A DNA stretch of 64,000 nt from an uncultured delta proteobacterium (GTDB lineage: Bacteria; Desulfobacterota; RBG-13-43-22): positions 96,001-160,000 of the forward strand of contig CAVQFQ010000017.1 in assembly GCA_963711835.1 (NCBI GenBank), written 5' to 3'. Below are positions 30,664 through 41,490 of this stretch, piece by piece. The translations under genes were made by a program, and so were the position numbers. The notes below the pieces were generated by a model. That model ran no database searches. It worked only from the letters and a program-made list of their open reading frames with translations, and was not told the DNA's origin. The stretch's first letter is position 1. Every line of letters begins with the position of its first letter.

Positions 30664-32801
30664 ATGAAAATGGAATACCAGACCATAAAGGTGACTGTGA
30701 AAGATGCGCTGGCCCTGTTGGCCATTGATAATCCGCCGGTCAACCAGATGGCGCCTCAAATGATCCGGGATTTTCGCGAGGCCGTCACCGAGGCCTTCAA
30801 AGACGACCAGATAAAGGCCGTCATCATCACCGGAACCGGGAAAAACTTCATCGCCGGGGCGGACATCACCCAGCTCCAGCGCGTCGTGGACAAGGACCAG
30901 ATTTTCCCGGTCGTCCTGGAAGGCAACCGCTTCCAGAACAGCATCGAAACCGGCCCGAAACCGTTCATTGCCGCCATCAACGGCAACTGCCTGGGAGGCG
31001 GGCTGGAGACGGCCATGTGCTGCCACTACCGGGTTGCCGTCAAGGGCGTCAATCTTGGACAACCCGAAGTGCAGATCGGACTTATCCCCGGAGGCGGCGG
31101 GACCCAGCGACTGCCCCGTCTGATCGGGCTGCCCAACGCCCTTGAAATGATCACCACGGGCAAGCCCATCAAGGCCGAGAAGGCCTTTCAGAGGGCGCTG
31201 GTGGATGAGGTGGCGGACCCGGACCAACTCCTGGAGGCGGCCTTGAAGGCCGCCCGGCAAGTTTATCTAAGGACGAGCTGAATCTCAAAATGCGGATGAC
31301 CCGCAACATCATACGACCGCCTTCCCAGCGCAGCTGAGAAGCAGGCCCTGATCAATTATACCAAGTTTATGACCGCTCAGAAGGCCAAGGGTTACCTTGC
31401 GCCGTTTAAGGCCATCGATGCCTTTGAGCAGGGTCTTAGTTACGATATCGAGGCCGACATCGAGAAGGAGGTGGATCTTTTCAGCGACTGCGCCGTTTCC
31501 GATGTGGCCAAGAACCTGATCAACATCTTTCTCAACACCCGGGCCGCCGGCAGACTGAAGCGCATCGAAGGGTCTGGAACCGGCGAAGATCAAGAAAGTG
31601 GCCATGCTGGGGGGCGGGGTCATGGGCTCGGGCATCGTCAACCTGCTGCTTAAAAATGGCTTCGAGGCCATCCTGTGGGACATCAACGACCAGGCCCTGC
31701 AAAAAGGGCTGTCAGCCGTCCGCAAGAACTTCGCCTATCCCATCAAGAAAAAGAAGATGACCGAAAAGGATCTGGAAAACCTGATGGCCCAGCGGCTGAC
31801 GACCACCACCTCCCTGCAGGATTTGAAGGAGGTGGACCTGGTCATCGAGGCCGTGCTTGGAGGACATGAAGGTCAAGCAGGATATCTGGAAACAACTGGA
31901 AGGCATCTGCCGGCCCACACGGTATGTTCGGCACCAACACCTCCGCCCTGCCCATTACCGAGATGGCCTAGATCCTGAAGGATCCCGGGCCGGATGATCG
32001 GGCTTCATTTCTTCAATCCCGCCGAGCGGATGCAGCTCCTTGAGGTCATCTGCGCCAAGAAGACCTCCGATCAGACCCTGGCCACCAGCGTGGCCTTTGC
32101 CCGGGCCATCAAGAAGATCCCCATCGTGGTCAACGACGGACCGGGATTCTATGTTTCACGCCAGCTGGGCGGACTCATGGGAGGAGCGGTCTTTCTGACT
32201 GCCGACGGGGTGGACGGGGCTTCATTGAAGAGGCCATGGTCGATTTCGGCATGCCCATGGGCCCGGCGACCCTGTCCGATCTGACCGGCATCGACATCAA
32301 TTACCATGTGAACAAGACCTTTGAAAAGAGGACTGGGAGAGCGTTACAAGGTCCACCCCCTCACCGAGGTGGTTTACCGGACCGGATGCTACGGACGCAA
32401 GACAGGCGCCGGCTATTTCGACTACAGCGGCGAGAAGCCCGTGCCGAATCCCAAGGTGGCCGATGTGGTGGCCCAGTATCTCAAGGAAAACAACGTCGCC
32501 CCCAAAAAAGTCACCAAGCAGGAGGTGGTGGACCTGATGCTGGCCAACGGCATCAACGAGGCCGCCTACATGATCCAGGAAGGGATCTGCGATCGTCCCC
32601 AGGACATGGACCTGGCCATGATCTACGGCACCGGATTTCCGCCTTACCGCGGCGGTATCCTGCAGGTATGCCGACAAATGGGGACTCAAGACCGTTTACA
32701 AAAAACTGCTGGAGCTGGAAAAGCAGTACGGCGTGGCCTTCAAGCCGGCCAACCTGATTAAGGCCATGGCAGAAACCGGACAAACTTTTTACAAGAACTG
32801 A
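30664..32801 (+). CDS. fadB: Enoyl-CoA hydratase / 3-hydroxyacyl-CoA dehydrogenase multifunctional protein; multiple frameshifts
   Basis: Consecutive fragments in shifting frames: FIAGADI, LGGGLE, PGGGGTQRL; LGGGVMG; GLHFFNP; GMPMGP; GTGFPPYRGG. Confidence 0.85.
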
Positions 32802-32823
32802 ATTCTTTTTTCGAGGAACCCTC

Positions 32824-33537
32824 TTGACGACGCTACTAAAATCGAAAATCCGGAAGGAACAAATTCTCGGGGCAGCCGAACGGGTCTTTGCCCAAAAGGG
32901 GTATCAGGAGGCGACCATCTCGGATGTGGCCCGGCAGGCCAAGGTCTCCGAGGCCACTATTTACGAATATTTTCCCTCCAAAGAAGAGCTCCTTTTTTCC
33001 ATACCCGGAGAGACCGCTCGGAGAGGCAAAGAAAACCTGGAAAATATGCTCAGGTTTCTCCGAAGGGCAGCGGACAAGATACGGGCGGTCATCCATCACT
33101 ATCTTTTGTTCTATGAGACCCATCCCGATTATGCCTCGGTGTCCATGCTGATCCTTAAGCAGAATCGTAAGTTTCTTGAAATGGAGGCTTACCAGGACGT
33201 CAGGGAGCTATCCCGGCTCATCCTGAATGTGATTGAAGAAGGCATCCGCAGCAGCGAATTCAAGTCCGACACCAACCCCTATCTGGTGCGCGCTACTATT
33301 TTAGGGACCATTGAACACCTGGTGATTCGCCGGGTTCTCCTGGGAAAACCCGAGAAGCTGGCTGATTTAACCGATCAGTTAACCGAATTGATTATGGGGG
33401 GTATCGTGGCCCGCAGAGAAGAGAAGGTTTGGAACCTTCGGATCAGCCTGGGAGCCGAAGAAAACCCGGAAGGAACGGTCCTGCTGGCAGAGAAAAAAGC
33501 AAAATCTCCCAGGCCTCCAAAATCCCAAACAAAGTAA
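32824..33537 (+). CDS. TetR-family regulator
   Basis: FAQKGYQEATISDVARQAKVSEATIYEYFPSKEELL helix-turn-helix. Confidence 0.92.
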   Translation: MTTLLKSKIRKEQILGAAERVFAQKGYQEATISDVARQAKVSEATIYEYFPSKEELLFSIPGETARRGKENLENMLRFLRRAADKIRAVIHHYLLFYETHPDYASVSMLILKQNRKFLEMEAYQDVRELSRLILNVIEEGIRSSEFKSDTNPYLVRATILGTIEHLVIRRVLLGKPEKLADLTDQLTELIMGGIVARREEKVWNLRISLGAEENPEGTVLLAEKKAKSPRPPKSQTK

Positions 33538-33579
33538 AACGAAATAAAAAAATTATTAGCCTATCAGGAGGAAATAAAC

Positions 33580-34791
33580 ATGAAAGAAGTCGTAATTGCA
33601 GGTTACTTGAGGACGGCGCAATCCCGGTCCAGGCCCAATGACCCGGCCCGGGATGTATTTTGCAAAATGAGAGGCGATGAAATGCTGGCCAAACTGATGC
33701 CGGAGATCATCAAAAGAACCGGCCTGGAGCCCAAGGAAATCGGGGACTTTATCGTGGGCTGCGCTACGGCCGTAGGGGAACAGTGGGCCTACGGCGGACG
33801 CAATCCCATCTTCCTGGCCAACTTCCCGGAAACCGTTCCGGCCAAATTTGTGGATCAGCAATGCGGCTCCTCCATGGCCGCCATTCATGTGGGCTTCATG
33901 GAAGTTGCCCAGGACATAGCCGATATCGTTCTGGTGGGCGGCTATGAACATATGACCCGGGTGCCCATGGGTATGGCCACCATTGACCGGGGGCATATCG
34001 TGCCCAATTATTCCCTTTACTTGGATCCCAACTTCCTGCACTGGGACATGATGACCTCCACCAATATGGGCCTGACGGCCGAGAAGCTCTTTGCCCAGTC
34101 GGGCTTTACCAAAGAAGACATGGATCGCTGGGGTGTCCGTTCCCATGCCCTGGCAGCCAAGGCCCAGAGCGAAGGCTTTCTTGCCGGAGAGATCCTGCCG
34201 ATCGAGGCCCCTCAGGACGACGGCACGGTCATGACCGTCGACAAGGACCAGGCCATCCGTTCCGATGTAACCTACGAAGGCATAGCCGAACTGAAGCCGG
34301 CCTTCAAAAAGGACGGCGTCATTACGGCCGGGAATTCCTCTCCCCTCAATGCCGCAGCCAGTTCCATGGTCCTTATGTCCAAGGAAACCGCCAAGAAAAA
34401 AGGGATCAAACCCCTGGCCACCATCCGATCCATCGGCTTCGCCGGGGTGGACCCCACCATCATGGGGGATGGACCGGTTCCGGCCAGCCTGATGGCCTTG
34501 GAGAAGGCCGCGCTGAAGGCCTCGGACATCGACTTCTGGGAGATCAATGAGGCCTTCTGCATCGTGGCCCTGAATTGCATCAAGAAGTTGGGGCTCGATC
34601 CGGAAAAGGTCAACGTCATGGGCGGCGGCACGGCCATCGGCCATGCCTTGGGAGCCACCGGTATCCGCCTGGTGGGGACCCTGGCCCGTACCCTGAATGC
34701 CAGGGGCGGGCGCTACGGCTGCGCCAACGCCTGCATCGGCGGCGGCCAGGGAGTGGCCACCATCATTGAAAAGGAAGCCTACGACCGGTAA
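33580..34791 (+). CDS. Acetyl-CoA C-acyltransferase (thiolase)
   Basis: QCGSS, EINEAF, GHALGATG and CIGGGQG. Confidence 0.95.
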   Translation: MKEVVIAGYLRTAQSRSRPNDPARDVFCKMRGDEMLAKLMPEIIKRTGLEPKEIGDFIVGCATAVGEQWAYGGRNPIFLANFPETVPAKFVDQQCGSSMAAIHVGFMEVAQDIADIVLVGGYEHMTRVPMGMATIDRGHIVPNYSLYLDPNFLHWDMMTSTNMGLTAEKLFAQSGFTKEDMDRWGVRSHALAAKAQSEGFLAGEILPIEAPQDDGTVMTVDKDQAIRSDVTYEGIAELKPAFKKDGVITAGNSSPLNAAASSMVLMSKETAKKKGIKPLATIRSIGFAGVDPTIMGDGPVPASLMALEKAALKASDIDFWEINEAFCIVALNCIKKLGLDPEKVNVMGGGTAIGHALGATGIRLVGTLARTLNARGGRYGCANACIGGGQGVATIIEKEAYDR

Positions 34792-34820
34792 TCCGCCACA
34801 GCCCCAGTATATTTTATGAT

Positions 34821-34890
34821 TAGCCACAGACACACTCAGACAAAGACAGACAATATTTTTGCCTGTGTGCGTCGGTGGCGAAAATCATTT
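34821..34890. repeat. Short GCCAC..GTGGC-bounded palindrome related to 17328/21581
   Basis: GCCACAGACACAC...GTGTGCGTCGGTGGCGAAAAT. Confidence 0.5.
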
Positions 34891-34912
34891 TTGAATTGTT
34901 CTGGTTAGGGAA

Positions 34913-36265
34913 TTGAAGAAAATATCTCAACCCAAGGTTGGGGACACCAAGTCCCTCGTTTCCATCGTCCGTTATGAAAAGCCCCTGGCTTCGGTCCGCC
35001 AGGCCGTGGACCTCTGCCGGGGGCTTTCGGACCTCCCCGCCAAGGCCAGGGTCTTCATCAAACCCAATATCGTCTTCTGGACCCGGTTCGTTCCTTTTCC
35101 GAAGTGGGGGGTGATCACCACCTCCCGCGTCGTGGAAGATGCCGTCATCCTCCTTAAAGAACGGGGCATTGACGACATCACCATCGGCGAAGGAACGGTC
35201 ACCAGCCGCCCCAAGGACTTCGAAACGCCGGCCCATGCCTTTGAAACCCTGGGGTACCCAACCCTTCAGAAGCGCTATGGGGTCAAATTCCTCAACGTCT
35301 TCGAGCGGCCTTTTAAAAAATGGGACCTGGGGGACGGGGCGGCGCTCCATTTCAACGCCGATTTTTTGGAAAGCGATTTCCTGATCAACCTGCCGGTTCT
35401 CAAGACCCATGCCCAGGCCGTGGTTTCCCTGGGCATAAAGAACCTAAAAGGGCTGATTGATATCCCTTCCCGTAAAAAATGTCACAACGCCTCTCCCGGC
35501 CGGGACTTGAATTTCTATGTCTCCCGGTTGGCCCGGTCTATCCCCCCTTCTCTAACGGTGGTGGACGGCATCTACAGCAATGAACAGGGTCCCGGCTTTG
35601 ATGGGAGGATTCATCGCAGCAATATCCTGATCGCCTCGAGCGATGTCCTCTCAGCCGATATGGTCGGAGCCAAGGTCCTGGGCTATGAACCTTCTCAGGT
35701 CCCTCATCTGGCGCAGGCGGCCGAGGAAAGAGGACGTCCTGTGGATCTTTCCGATATGGAAGTGGTCGGTGAAGAGCCGGCTGAAGTGGCTTTGCACCAC
35801 GAATACACCTTCCCCTATAACGAGGAAGGGACCTTGCCGCTGCCCATGGCCACCATGGGTATCCGGGGACTATCGTATAAAAAATACGATCTGACCATGT
35901 GCACCTACTGCTCGGGGCTGACCCGGATTGTTCTCATGGCCATAGCCCGGGCCTGGAAGGGGCGGCCCTGGGACGAGGTCGAAATCCTGACCGGCAAGGC
36001 CATGAAACCCACCCCGGGGATGAAGAAGACCATCTTAATGGGTCAATGTATGGTTCAGGCCAATAAAGACAACCCCGATATTCGGGAGATGATTCCGGTC
36101 AAGGGCTGCCCGCCTTCCAGAAAGGAATTGATCAAGGCCCTCTGGCAGGCCGGTATTGAGGTCGATCCCTCTTTCATCGAGCACCTGGAATTGGCTCCCG
36201 GCGCTTATATGAAGCGCTACCAGGGGAAGCCGGAATTTGACGAGGCGTTTTTTACCGTTTCTTAG
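34913..36265 (+). CDS. DUF362 protein with C-terminal Cys motif (paralog 2)
   Basis: Same motifs as 28978-30312 and colinear with it; start codon uncertain. Confidence 0.85.
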   Translation: MKKISQPKVGDTKSLVSIVRYEKPLASVRQAVDLCRGLSDLPAKARVFIKPNIVFWTRFVPFPKWGVITTSRVVEDAVILLKERGIDDITIGEGTVTSRPKDFETPAHAFETLGYPTLQKRYGVKFLNVFERPFKKWDLGDGAALHFNADFLESDFLINLPVLKTHAQAVVSLGIKNLKGLIDIPSRKKCHNASPGRDLNFYVSRLARSIPPSLTVVDGIYSNEQGPGFDGRIHRSNILIASSDVLSADMVGAKVLGYEPSQVPHLAQAAEERGRPVDLSDMEVVGEEPAEVALHHEYTFPYNEEGTLPLPMATMGIRGLSYKKYDLTMCTYCSGLTRIVLMAIARAWKGRPWDEVEILTGKAMKPTPGMKKTILMGQCMVQANKDNPDIREMIPVKGCPPSRKELIKALWQAGIEVDPSFIEHLELAPGAYMKRYQGKPEFDEAFFTVS

Positions 36266-37232
36266 CCGGACCCTTCTCGATGAGCAGGGGGATAAAGGTC
36301 TCCAGGTCTTCGATGATACAGACATCGGAAAAATCAAAAATAGCGGCCTGGGGATCCTTGTTGATGGCCACAATAAATCCGGAATCCCGCATGCCGGCCA
36401 GGTGCTGGTAGGCCCCGGAAATCCCGCAGGCCAGATAAAGTTTGGGAGAGACCGTGGCCCCGGTCAGCCCGATCTGCTGGGAATAGTTCAGCCAGCCCAG
36501 GTCGCAAAGGGGGCGGGATCCGGCCACAGCGGATCTTGGAAACAGGGCGGCCAGGCGGTGGATCAGGTGAAGATTATCGGCTTTGCCGATCCCTCTTCCG
36601 GCGGCTACGATCACCTCCGCCTCGGCCAGGCCGGCGTTTTGATCCCTGGAGGGCTTAAGGCCAAGCCATTCGGTCCGGGAGAAGGGAAGGTCTTTTTTGA
36701 TCACCCGAAGAACCCCCTGGCCCGGCCGATCCGTTTCAGATTCCTTGAAAACCCCGGGCTGAAAGGTGACCACCGCCCCTTCGGTTCGGGGCCTGATTTC
36801 GGCAATGATTTTTCCCCCATAAAGAGGGCGTTGAAATACAAGACCGTCCTTATCAACCCGGAGGCCGGTTACAGCGGTTATGCAGGCCAGGGCTAACCGC
36901 CGGGCCAGGCGAGGGGCATAATCCCAACCCTGGGAGGTATGGCCGGCGATAATGAATCCTGCCGGCTGATAAGAGAGCACCTCATGCAGGATGGCCGTGA
37001 AGGCTTCTCCCTGATAAGAAGCTAGCCCCGAAACCTGAATGGCCCAAACCTCCAGACCTGTTCTTTGAACCATTTCTTTTCCGAGGTCCTCAACCTCTTC
37101 CCCGATCAGGATGCACCGGACCGGGGCCCGGTTGCCTTGTTGGATCTGCCGGGCAACCTGAAGCCCTTCCCAGGTGACCGGTTTCAGCCGGCCCTGGCCG
37201 TGTTCGGCGATGACTATAATCGGTTTATCCAT
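36252..37232 (-). CDS. etfA: Electron transfer flavoprotein alpha subunit
   Basis: AAGRG, QIGLTGATVSPKLYLACGISGAYQHLAG and AINKDPQA. Confidence 0.93.
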   Translation of the reverse strand: MDKPIIVIAEHGQGRLKPVTWEGLQVARQIQQGNRAPVRCILIGEEVEDLGKEMVQRTGLEVWAIQVSGLASYQGEAFTAILHEVLSYQPAGFIIAGHTSQGWDYAPRLARRLALACITAVTGLRVDKDGLVFQRPLYGGKIIAEIRPRTEGAVVTFQPGVFKESETDRPGQGVLRVIKKDLPFSRTEWLGLKPSRDQNAGLAEAEVIVAAGRGIGKADNLHLIHRLAALFPRSAVAGSRPLCDLGWLNYSQQIGLTGATVSPKLYLACGISGAYQHLAGMRDSGFIVAINKDPQAAIFDFSDVCIIEDLETFIPLLIEKGPAKKR

Positions 37233-37250
37233 GAGCAGATGAGCAGACCA

Positions 37251-38030
37251 TCAGTTCAAAAGGGACTTGTCCCGCAGGATGGTTAAAAGGGCCGCAGCCT
37301 TTTCCAAAGGGCTCCCTGAAAGGACCAACCCGGGACGGGACCTTTGGGGAAACGAAAAACCGAGGGTCTCCTGAAGGGGCGGGTCCTGTTTTAAGCTGCC
37401 GGCCGGGATGATTTCCAGTTCCTGTTTTTTTGCCCGGAGGACATTGGAAAGGGAGGGATAACGCGGTTTATTGATGCCGCTTTGGATACTGAGAACGGCC
37501 GGCCAGGCCAATTTTAACTGTTCCCGGAGGCCTCCCTCAATTTCCCGTTCCACATGGACGGCCTTGCCCTCCATGGAGAGGGCCAGGGAAATCACGGACG
37601 TAGCCAAGGAGAGGGAGAGAAATTCCGCCAGCAGAGGGCCCACCTGACCTTCCATATCATCCTCGGCCATAACGCCCACAAGGATCAGGTCATAAGGATG
37701 CCGGCTCCCGTACCAGGCAATCCAGGAGGCGACTTGAAAAGGGCTGAGGACCGATTCTTCCGCGCTGAGGATGTGAATGCCCTGATCGGCCCCCATCCCC
37801 AGGCAGCGCCTGACCACCGTCTCGGATCGCCGAGGTCCGACGCTGATGACGTCGACGGAGCTTTGGGGAATGGCCGCCTTGAGAACAAGGGCCTCTTCAA
37901 CGGCAAATTCATCAAAGTAATTCATTTTAAAGAGAGGCGAAGGAACGGTGACCAGCTTGGATCCGGAGGGATCAATCTGTAGGGTCCCTTCGGGATCGAG
38001 GACCTCTTTGACGCAAACCAGGATCTTCAT
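37251..38030 (-). CDS. etfB: Electron transfer flavoprotein beta subunit
   Basis: MKILVCVK, FDEFAVEEAL, GMGAD and NKPRYPS. Confidence 0.93.
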   Translation of the reverse strand: MKILVCVKEVLDPEGTLQIDPSGSKLVTVPSPLFKMNYFDEFAVEEALVLKAAIPQSSVDVISVGPRRSETVVRRCLGMGADQGIHILSAEESVLSPFQVASWIAWYGSRHPYDLILVGVMAEDDMEGQVGPLLAEFLSLSLATSVISLALSMEGKAVHVEREIEGGLREQLKLAWPAVLSIQSGINKPRYPSLSNVLRAKKQELEIIPAGSLKQDPPLQETLGFSFPQRSRPGLVLSGSPLEKAAALLTILRDKSLLN

Positions 38031-38075
38031 TTTTGATAAGGGCGCTACGTTTAGAATACAGGGCGATTAAATACT

Positions 38076-38371
38076 AAGCAAAGATCTTTGCAATTTTTTC
38101 TAAAGTCCTGAATAAATGGTGTAGGGGGGCCCTATTTTTTAAGTTGTCCAAAGGGTGACTAAGAGCCCCTAATCCGGCCCGAATAACTAAGTTTATGTTA
38201 GAGCAGGGCATTCACCAACGCCTATTTCCAGCCTGGGTGTAGGCCTGCTGATGAAATAGGGTTCGCATTTTGGCCCGGCAAAGAAGCTTATGGCTTTGGG
38301 GTGGACAACTCAAAAAATAGGACCCCCCTACACCTGATATTTGAAAATTAGATATAAATTCCCAGAATTAA
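38076..38371. mobile_element. Nested element copy E (shell type 3; core 38125-38327)
   Basis: Inner IR GGTGTAGGGGGGCCCTATTTTTTAAGTTGTCCA / TGGACAACTCAAAAAATAGGACCCCCCTACACC; shares core motifs with copies A, C and D; outer ends approximate. Confidence 0.75.
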
Positions 38372-38463
38372 GAGTATTACAATCTATCAAATGTAAGGAA
38401 GAAAGAGTTCTTAATCAAGGAAAAAAATGATATAGTAAGCAACCTCTTTTTTGGACACCTCCA

Positions 38464-39171
38464 ATGGGCGATCTTTACGTTATACGACATGCGCAGGCCT
38501 CTTTCGGGAAGCCCGATTACGACCAGCTCTCCAGGCTCGGGTTTCGCCAGGCTTCCCTCCTGGAAGGGTATTTGTCCCATCTGGGGGTTGGGTTTGAAGT
38601 AGTCTTTTCCGGGGCTATGAAGCGCCACTTAGACACCGCCCAGCCCCTCCTGGCCTGCCTGGGACCGGATACCGACCCGGAAGCCTTGACCGTTCTATCC
38701 GAGTTCAACGAGTATGATTCGTCTTCCCTGATGCAGATCCAATTGCCCCATCTGACCCGGGAAGACCCTTCTCTGGAAAAGGACCTGGCCAATATTTACA
38801 CCGATCCCAAGGCCGTTTATCGCCTCTTAAACCGGGCCATCCTGCGCTGGATATCCGACCCGGACGTCGGCTCAGGCATTGAGACCTGGACTGAATTCAC
38901 CCAAAGGGTTCGGAAAGGCATCAATCGGGTTATCGAGGAAGCCGGGAAGGGCAAGACCATCGCCCTGGTAACCTCCGGCGGGCCGATTTCAGCCCTGCTT
39001 CAACTGGCCCTTTCCCTGTCCGACCAGGAAACCATCCATTTGGCCTGGCAACTTCGAAACGCCTCGGTTTCCATCTTTAAGTACAACCGGAAGCGCTTAA
39101 CCCTGGATTCCTTCAATTCCGTGGCCCATCTGGAAAAAGAGAAGGATCCGACTTTGATAACTTACCGCTAA
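38464..39171 (+). CDS. Histidine phosphatase family protein
   Basis: IRHAQASFG, FNEYD and VTSGG. Confidence 0.88.
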   Translation: MGDLYVIRHAQASFGKPDYDQLSRLGFRQASLLEGYLSHLGVGFEVVFSGAMKRHLDTAQPLLACLGPDTDPEALTVLSEFNEYDSSSLMQIQLPHLTREDPSLEKDLANIYTDPKAVYRLLNRAILRWISDPDVGSGIETWTEFTQRVRKGINRVIEEAGKGKTIALVTSGGPISALLQLALSLSDQETIHLAWQLRNASVSIFKYNRKRLTLDSFNSVAHLEKEKDPTLITYR

Positions 39172-39208
39172 AGACACCTATTTTTCAGTAACCGGAAAGG
39201 AGTACCCA

Positions 39209-40414
39209 ATGGATTTTGAAATATCGGACAAGATGAAAGCCGTTTTGGAGATGATGAACGAGTTCCTGGAAAAGGAGGTCATTCCTCTGGAGCCGGAATA
39301 CCTGAACCGATCCTTCGTGGGTATGCTCCCCGAACTGGAGGAAAAAAGAAGGATCGTCAAGCAGATGGAGCTCTGGGCCCCCCAGCATCCCAAGGAATAC
39401 GGGGGCATGGGTCTGGATATTATTGAATTCGGTCTGGTATCTGAGGTCCTGGGCCAATCCCCTCTCGGACACTTCGTCTTCGGGGCCCAGGCCCCGGATG
39501 CCGGCAATATCGAGATCCTGCACCTCCACGGCACGGAGGAGCAAAAAAAGACCTATTTGAAACCCCTGGTGGCAGGGGAAATCCGGAGCTGTTTTTCCAT
39601 GACCGAAGTGGAACTGGCCGGCTCCAACCCGGTGCTGCTGGCCACAACCGCGGTGAAGGACGGTGATGATTACGTCATCAACGGCCACAAGTGGTACACT
39701 TCCAGCGCCGACGGCGCCGCCTTTGCCATCGTCATGGCCGTCACCAATCCCGAGGCCTCCCCCTACTTGCGGGCCAGCATGATTATTGTCCCTACGGACA
39801 GGCCGGGTTTTAATCTGGTCCGCAACATCCCGGTCATGGGCCATCAGGGTTCCGGTTGGGCCAGCCACGGCGAGATCCTCTACCAGAACTGCCGGGTCCC
39901 CCAAAAAAACCTTCTCGGCCCCGAGGGCGCCGGCTTTGTCATTGCCCAGGAACGGTTGGGCCCCGGCCGGATCCATCACTGCATGCGCTGGATCGGCATC
40001 TGCAATCGGGCCTTTGCCCTGATGTGCTCCCGGGCCCTGAACCGCGAGATCGCCCCGGGCAAGACCCTGGCCACCCGCCAGATCATCCAGGCCTGGATCG
40101 CCGAAGGCGCGGCCGAAATTCAGGCCGCCCGCCTCATGGTCCTCCATGCCGCCTGGAAGATGCACCATCTGGGTCAGAAAGAGGCCCGGGAAGAGATTTC
40201 CCTGATCAAATTTTACACGGCCGGAGTCATGCAAAAAGTGGTGGACCGGGCCATCCAGGTCCACGGCGGTCTGGGCATGTCGGACGACACTGTCCTGGCC
40301 TTTTTCTTCCGCCATGAGAGGGCGTCCCGGATCTATGACGGGGTGGATGAAGTCCACAAGGTGACGGTGGCCCGGAGGATTTTAAGGGAATACGAGGGCA
40401 AGAAAGTTCGCTGA
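39209..40414 (+). CDS. Acyl-CoA dehydrogenase, ACAD10/11 / LvaC-like
   Basis: [25 protein letters not shown] and RIYDGVDEVH. Confidence 0.92.
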   Translation: MDFEISDKMKAVLEMMNEFLEKEVIPLEPEYLNRSFVGMLPELEEKRRIVKQMELWAPQHPKEYGGMGLDIIEFGLVSEVLGQSPLGHFVFGAQAPDAGNIEILHLHGTEEQKKTYLKPLVAGEIRSCFSMTEVELAGSNPVLLATTAVKDGDDYVINGHKWYTSSADGAAFAIVMAVTNPEASPYLRASMIIVPTDRPGFNLVRNIPVMGHQGSGWASHGEILYQNCRVPQKNLLGPEGAGFVIAQERLGPGRIHHCMRWIGICNRAFALMCSRALNREIAPGKTLATRQIIQAWIAEGAAEIQAARLMVLHAAWKMHHLGQKEAREEISLIKFYTAGVMQKVVDRAIQVHGGLGMSDDTVLAFFFRHERASRIYDGVDEVHKVTVARRILREYEGKKVR

Positions 40415-40422
40415 GGTGCCGG

Positions 40423-41490
40423 ATGGATTTTAAAGATACAGCCACGACCATACGGGCAGGGGAGGAACTGGATATCCCCAAGCTGGAGGCCTTCCTAAAA
40501 GAGGCCCTCCCTGGGCTGGAAGGCCCTCTGGTCATTAGGCAATTTCCCAAGGGCTATTCCAACTTGACCTACCTGCTCCATTTCGACAACCGCGAAGTGG
40601 TGCTGCGCCGGCCCCCTATCGGGACCAAAGCCAAGACCGCCCATGACATGAAGCGGGAATACCGGATCCTCACGGCCCTGCGGCCGGTATTCCCCTATTG
40701 TCCGGAACCCCTGGTTTATACTGAAGATGAAGCCGTCATGGGCTGTCCCTTCTACCTCATGGAGCGCCTGAACGGCATCATCCTGCGCAAAGAACTGCCC
40801 CCGGACCTGGTGTTCACCCCGGATCAGGCCCGGCGGCTTTTTGAAAGATTCCTGGATGTGCTGGTGGAACTTCATTCCATCGACTATAAAAAAATCGGCC
40901 TGGAGAATTTCGGCAAGCCGGAAGGGTATGTGCGCCGGCAGGTCGAGGGCTGGAGCAATCGCTACCGGGCGGCCCGGACCCCGGACGCCCCGGATTTTGA
41001 AACCGTCATGGCCTGGATCGCCGAAAAGATGCCCCCTGATACGGACCGGCCGACCATCGTCCATAACGATTACCGTCTGGACAACATGGTCCTGGATGAA
41101 AAGGACCCTTTCAAAATCATCGGGGTCCTGGACTGGGAAATGGCCACTATCGGAGACCCTCTCATGGATCTGGGCAATACCCTGGCCTATTGGGTCGAAA
41201 AGGACGATCCGCCGGAGAGTCATCTGCTGCGGAACATGCCTACCCACATTGAGGGGGCCCTGACGCGGAAGGAAGTGGTGGCGCGCTATGCCCAAAAAAC
41301 CGGCCGATCCCTGACTCAGGTTGACTTTTACCACTGCTTCGGGATCTTTCGGTTGGCCGTTATCGCTCAGCAGATCTACTACCGCTTTTACCACGGCCAG
41401 ACCAAGGACGCGCGTTTTCAGGCTTTAATCCACGGGGTTCGGATCCTGGAACAGGCCGCCCTCAGGATCCTGGAACAAGCCCAACCCTGA
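40423..41490 (+). CDS. APH-fold kinase, ACAD10/11 N-terminal / LvaA-like
   Basis: GYSNLTY, LRRPP, AHDMKREY, HNDYRLDN and LDWEMATIGDP. Confidence 0.9.
   Translation: MDFKDTATTIRAGEELDIPKLEAFLKEALPGLEGPLVIRQFPKGYSNLTYLLHFDNREVVLRRPPIGTKAKTAHDMKREYRILTALRPVFPYCPEPLVYTEDEAVMGCPFYLMERLNGIILRKELPPDLVFTPDQARRLFERFLDVLVELHSIDYKKIGLENFGKPEGYVRRQVEGWSNRYRAARTPDAPDFETVMAWIAEKMPPDTDRPTIVHNDYRLDNMVLDEKDPFKIIGVLDWEMATIGDPLMDLGNTLAYWVEKDDPPESHLLRNMPTHIEGALTRKEVVARYAQKTGRSLTQVDFYHCFGIFRLAVIAQQIYYRFYHGQTKDARFQALIHGVRILEQAALRILEQAQP

Noticed and set aside
30664-32801. Programmed frameshifting or split genes in fadB
   Set aside because: Too many breaks and no consistent slippery sites; the same pattern occurs in unrelated genes, which points to sequence error.
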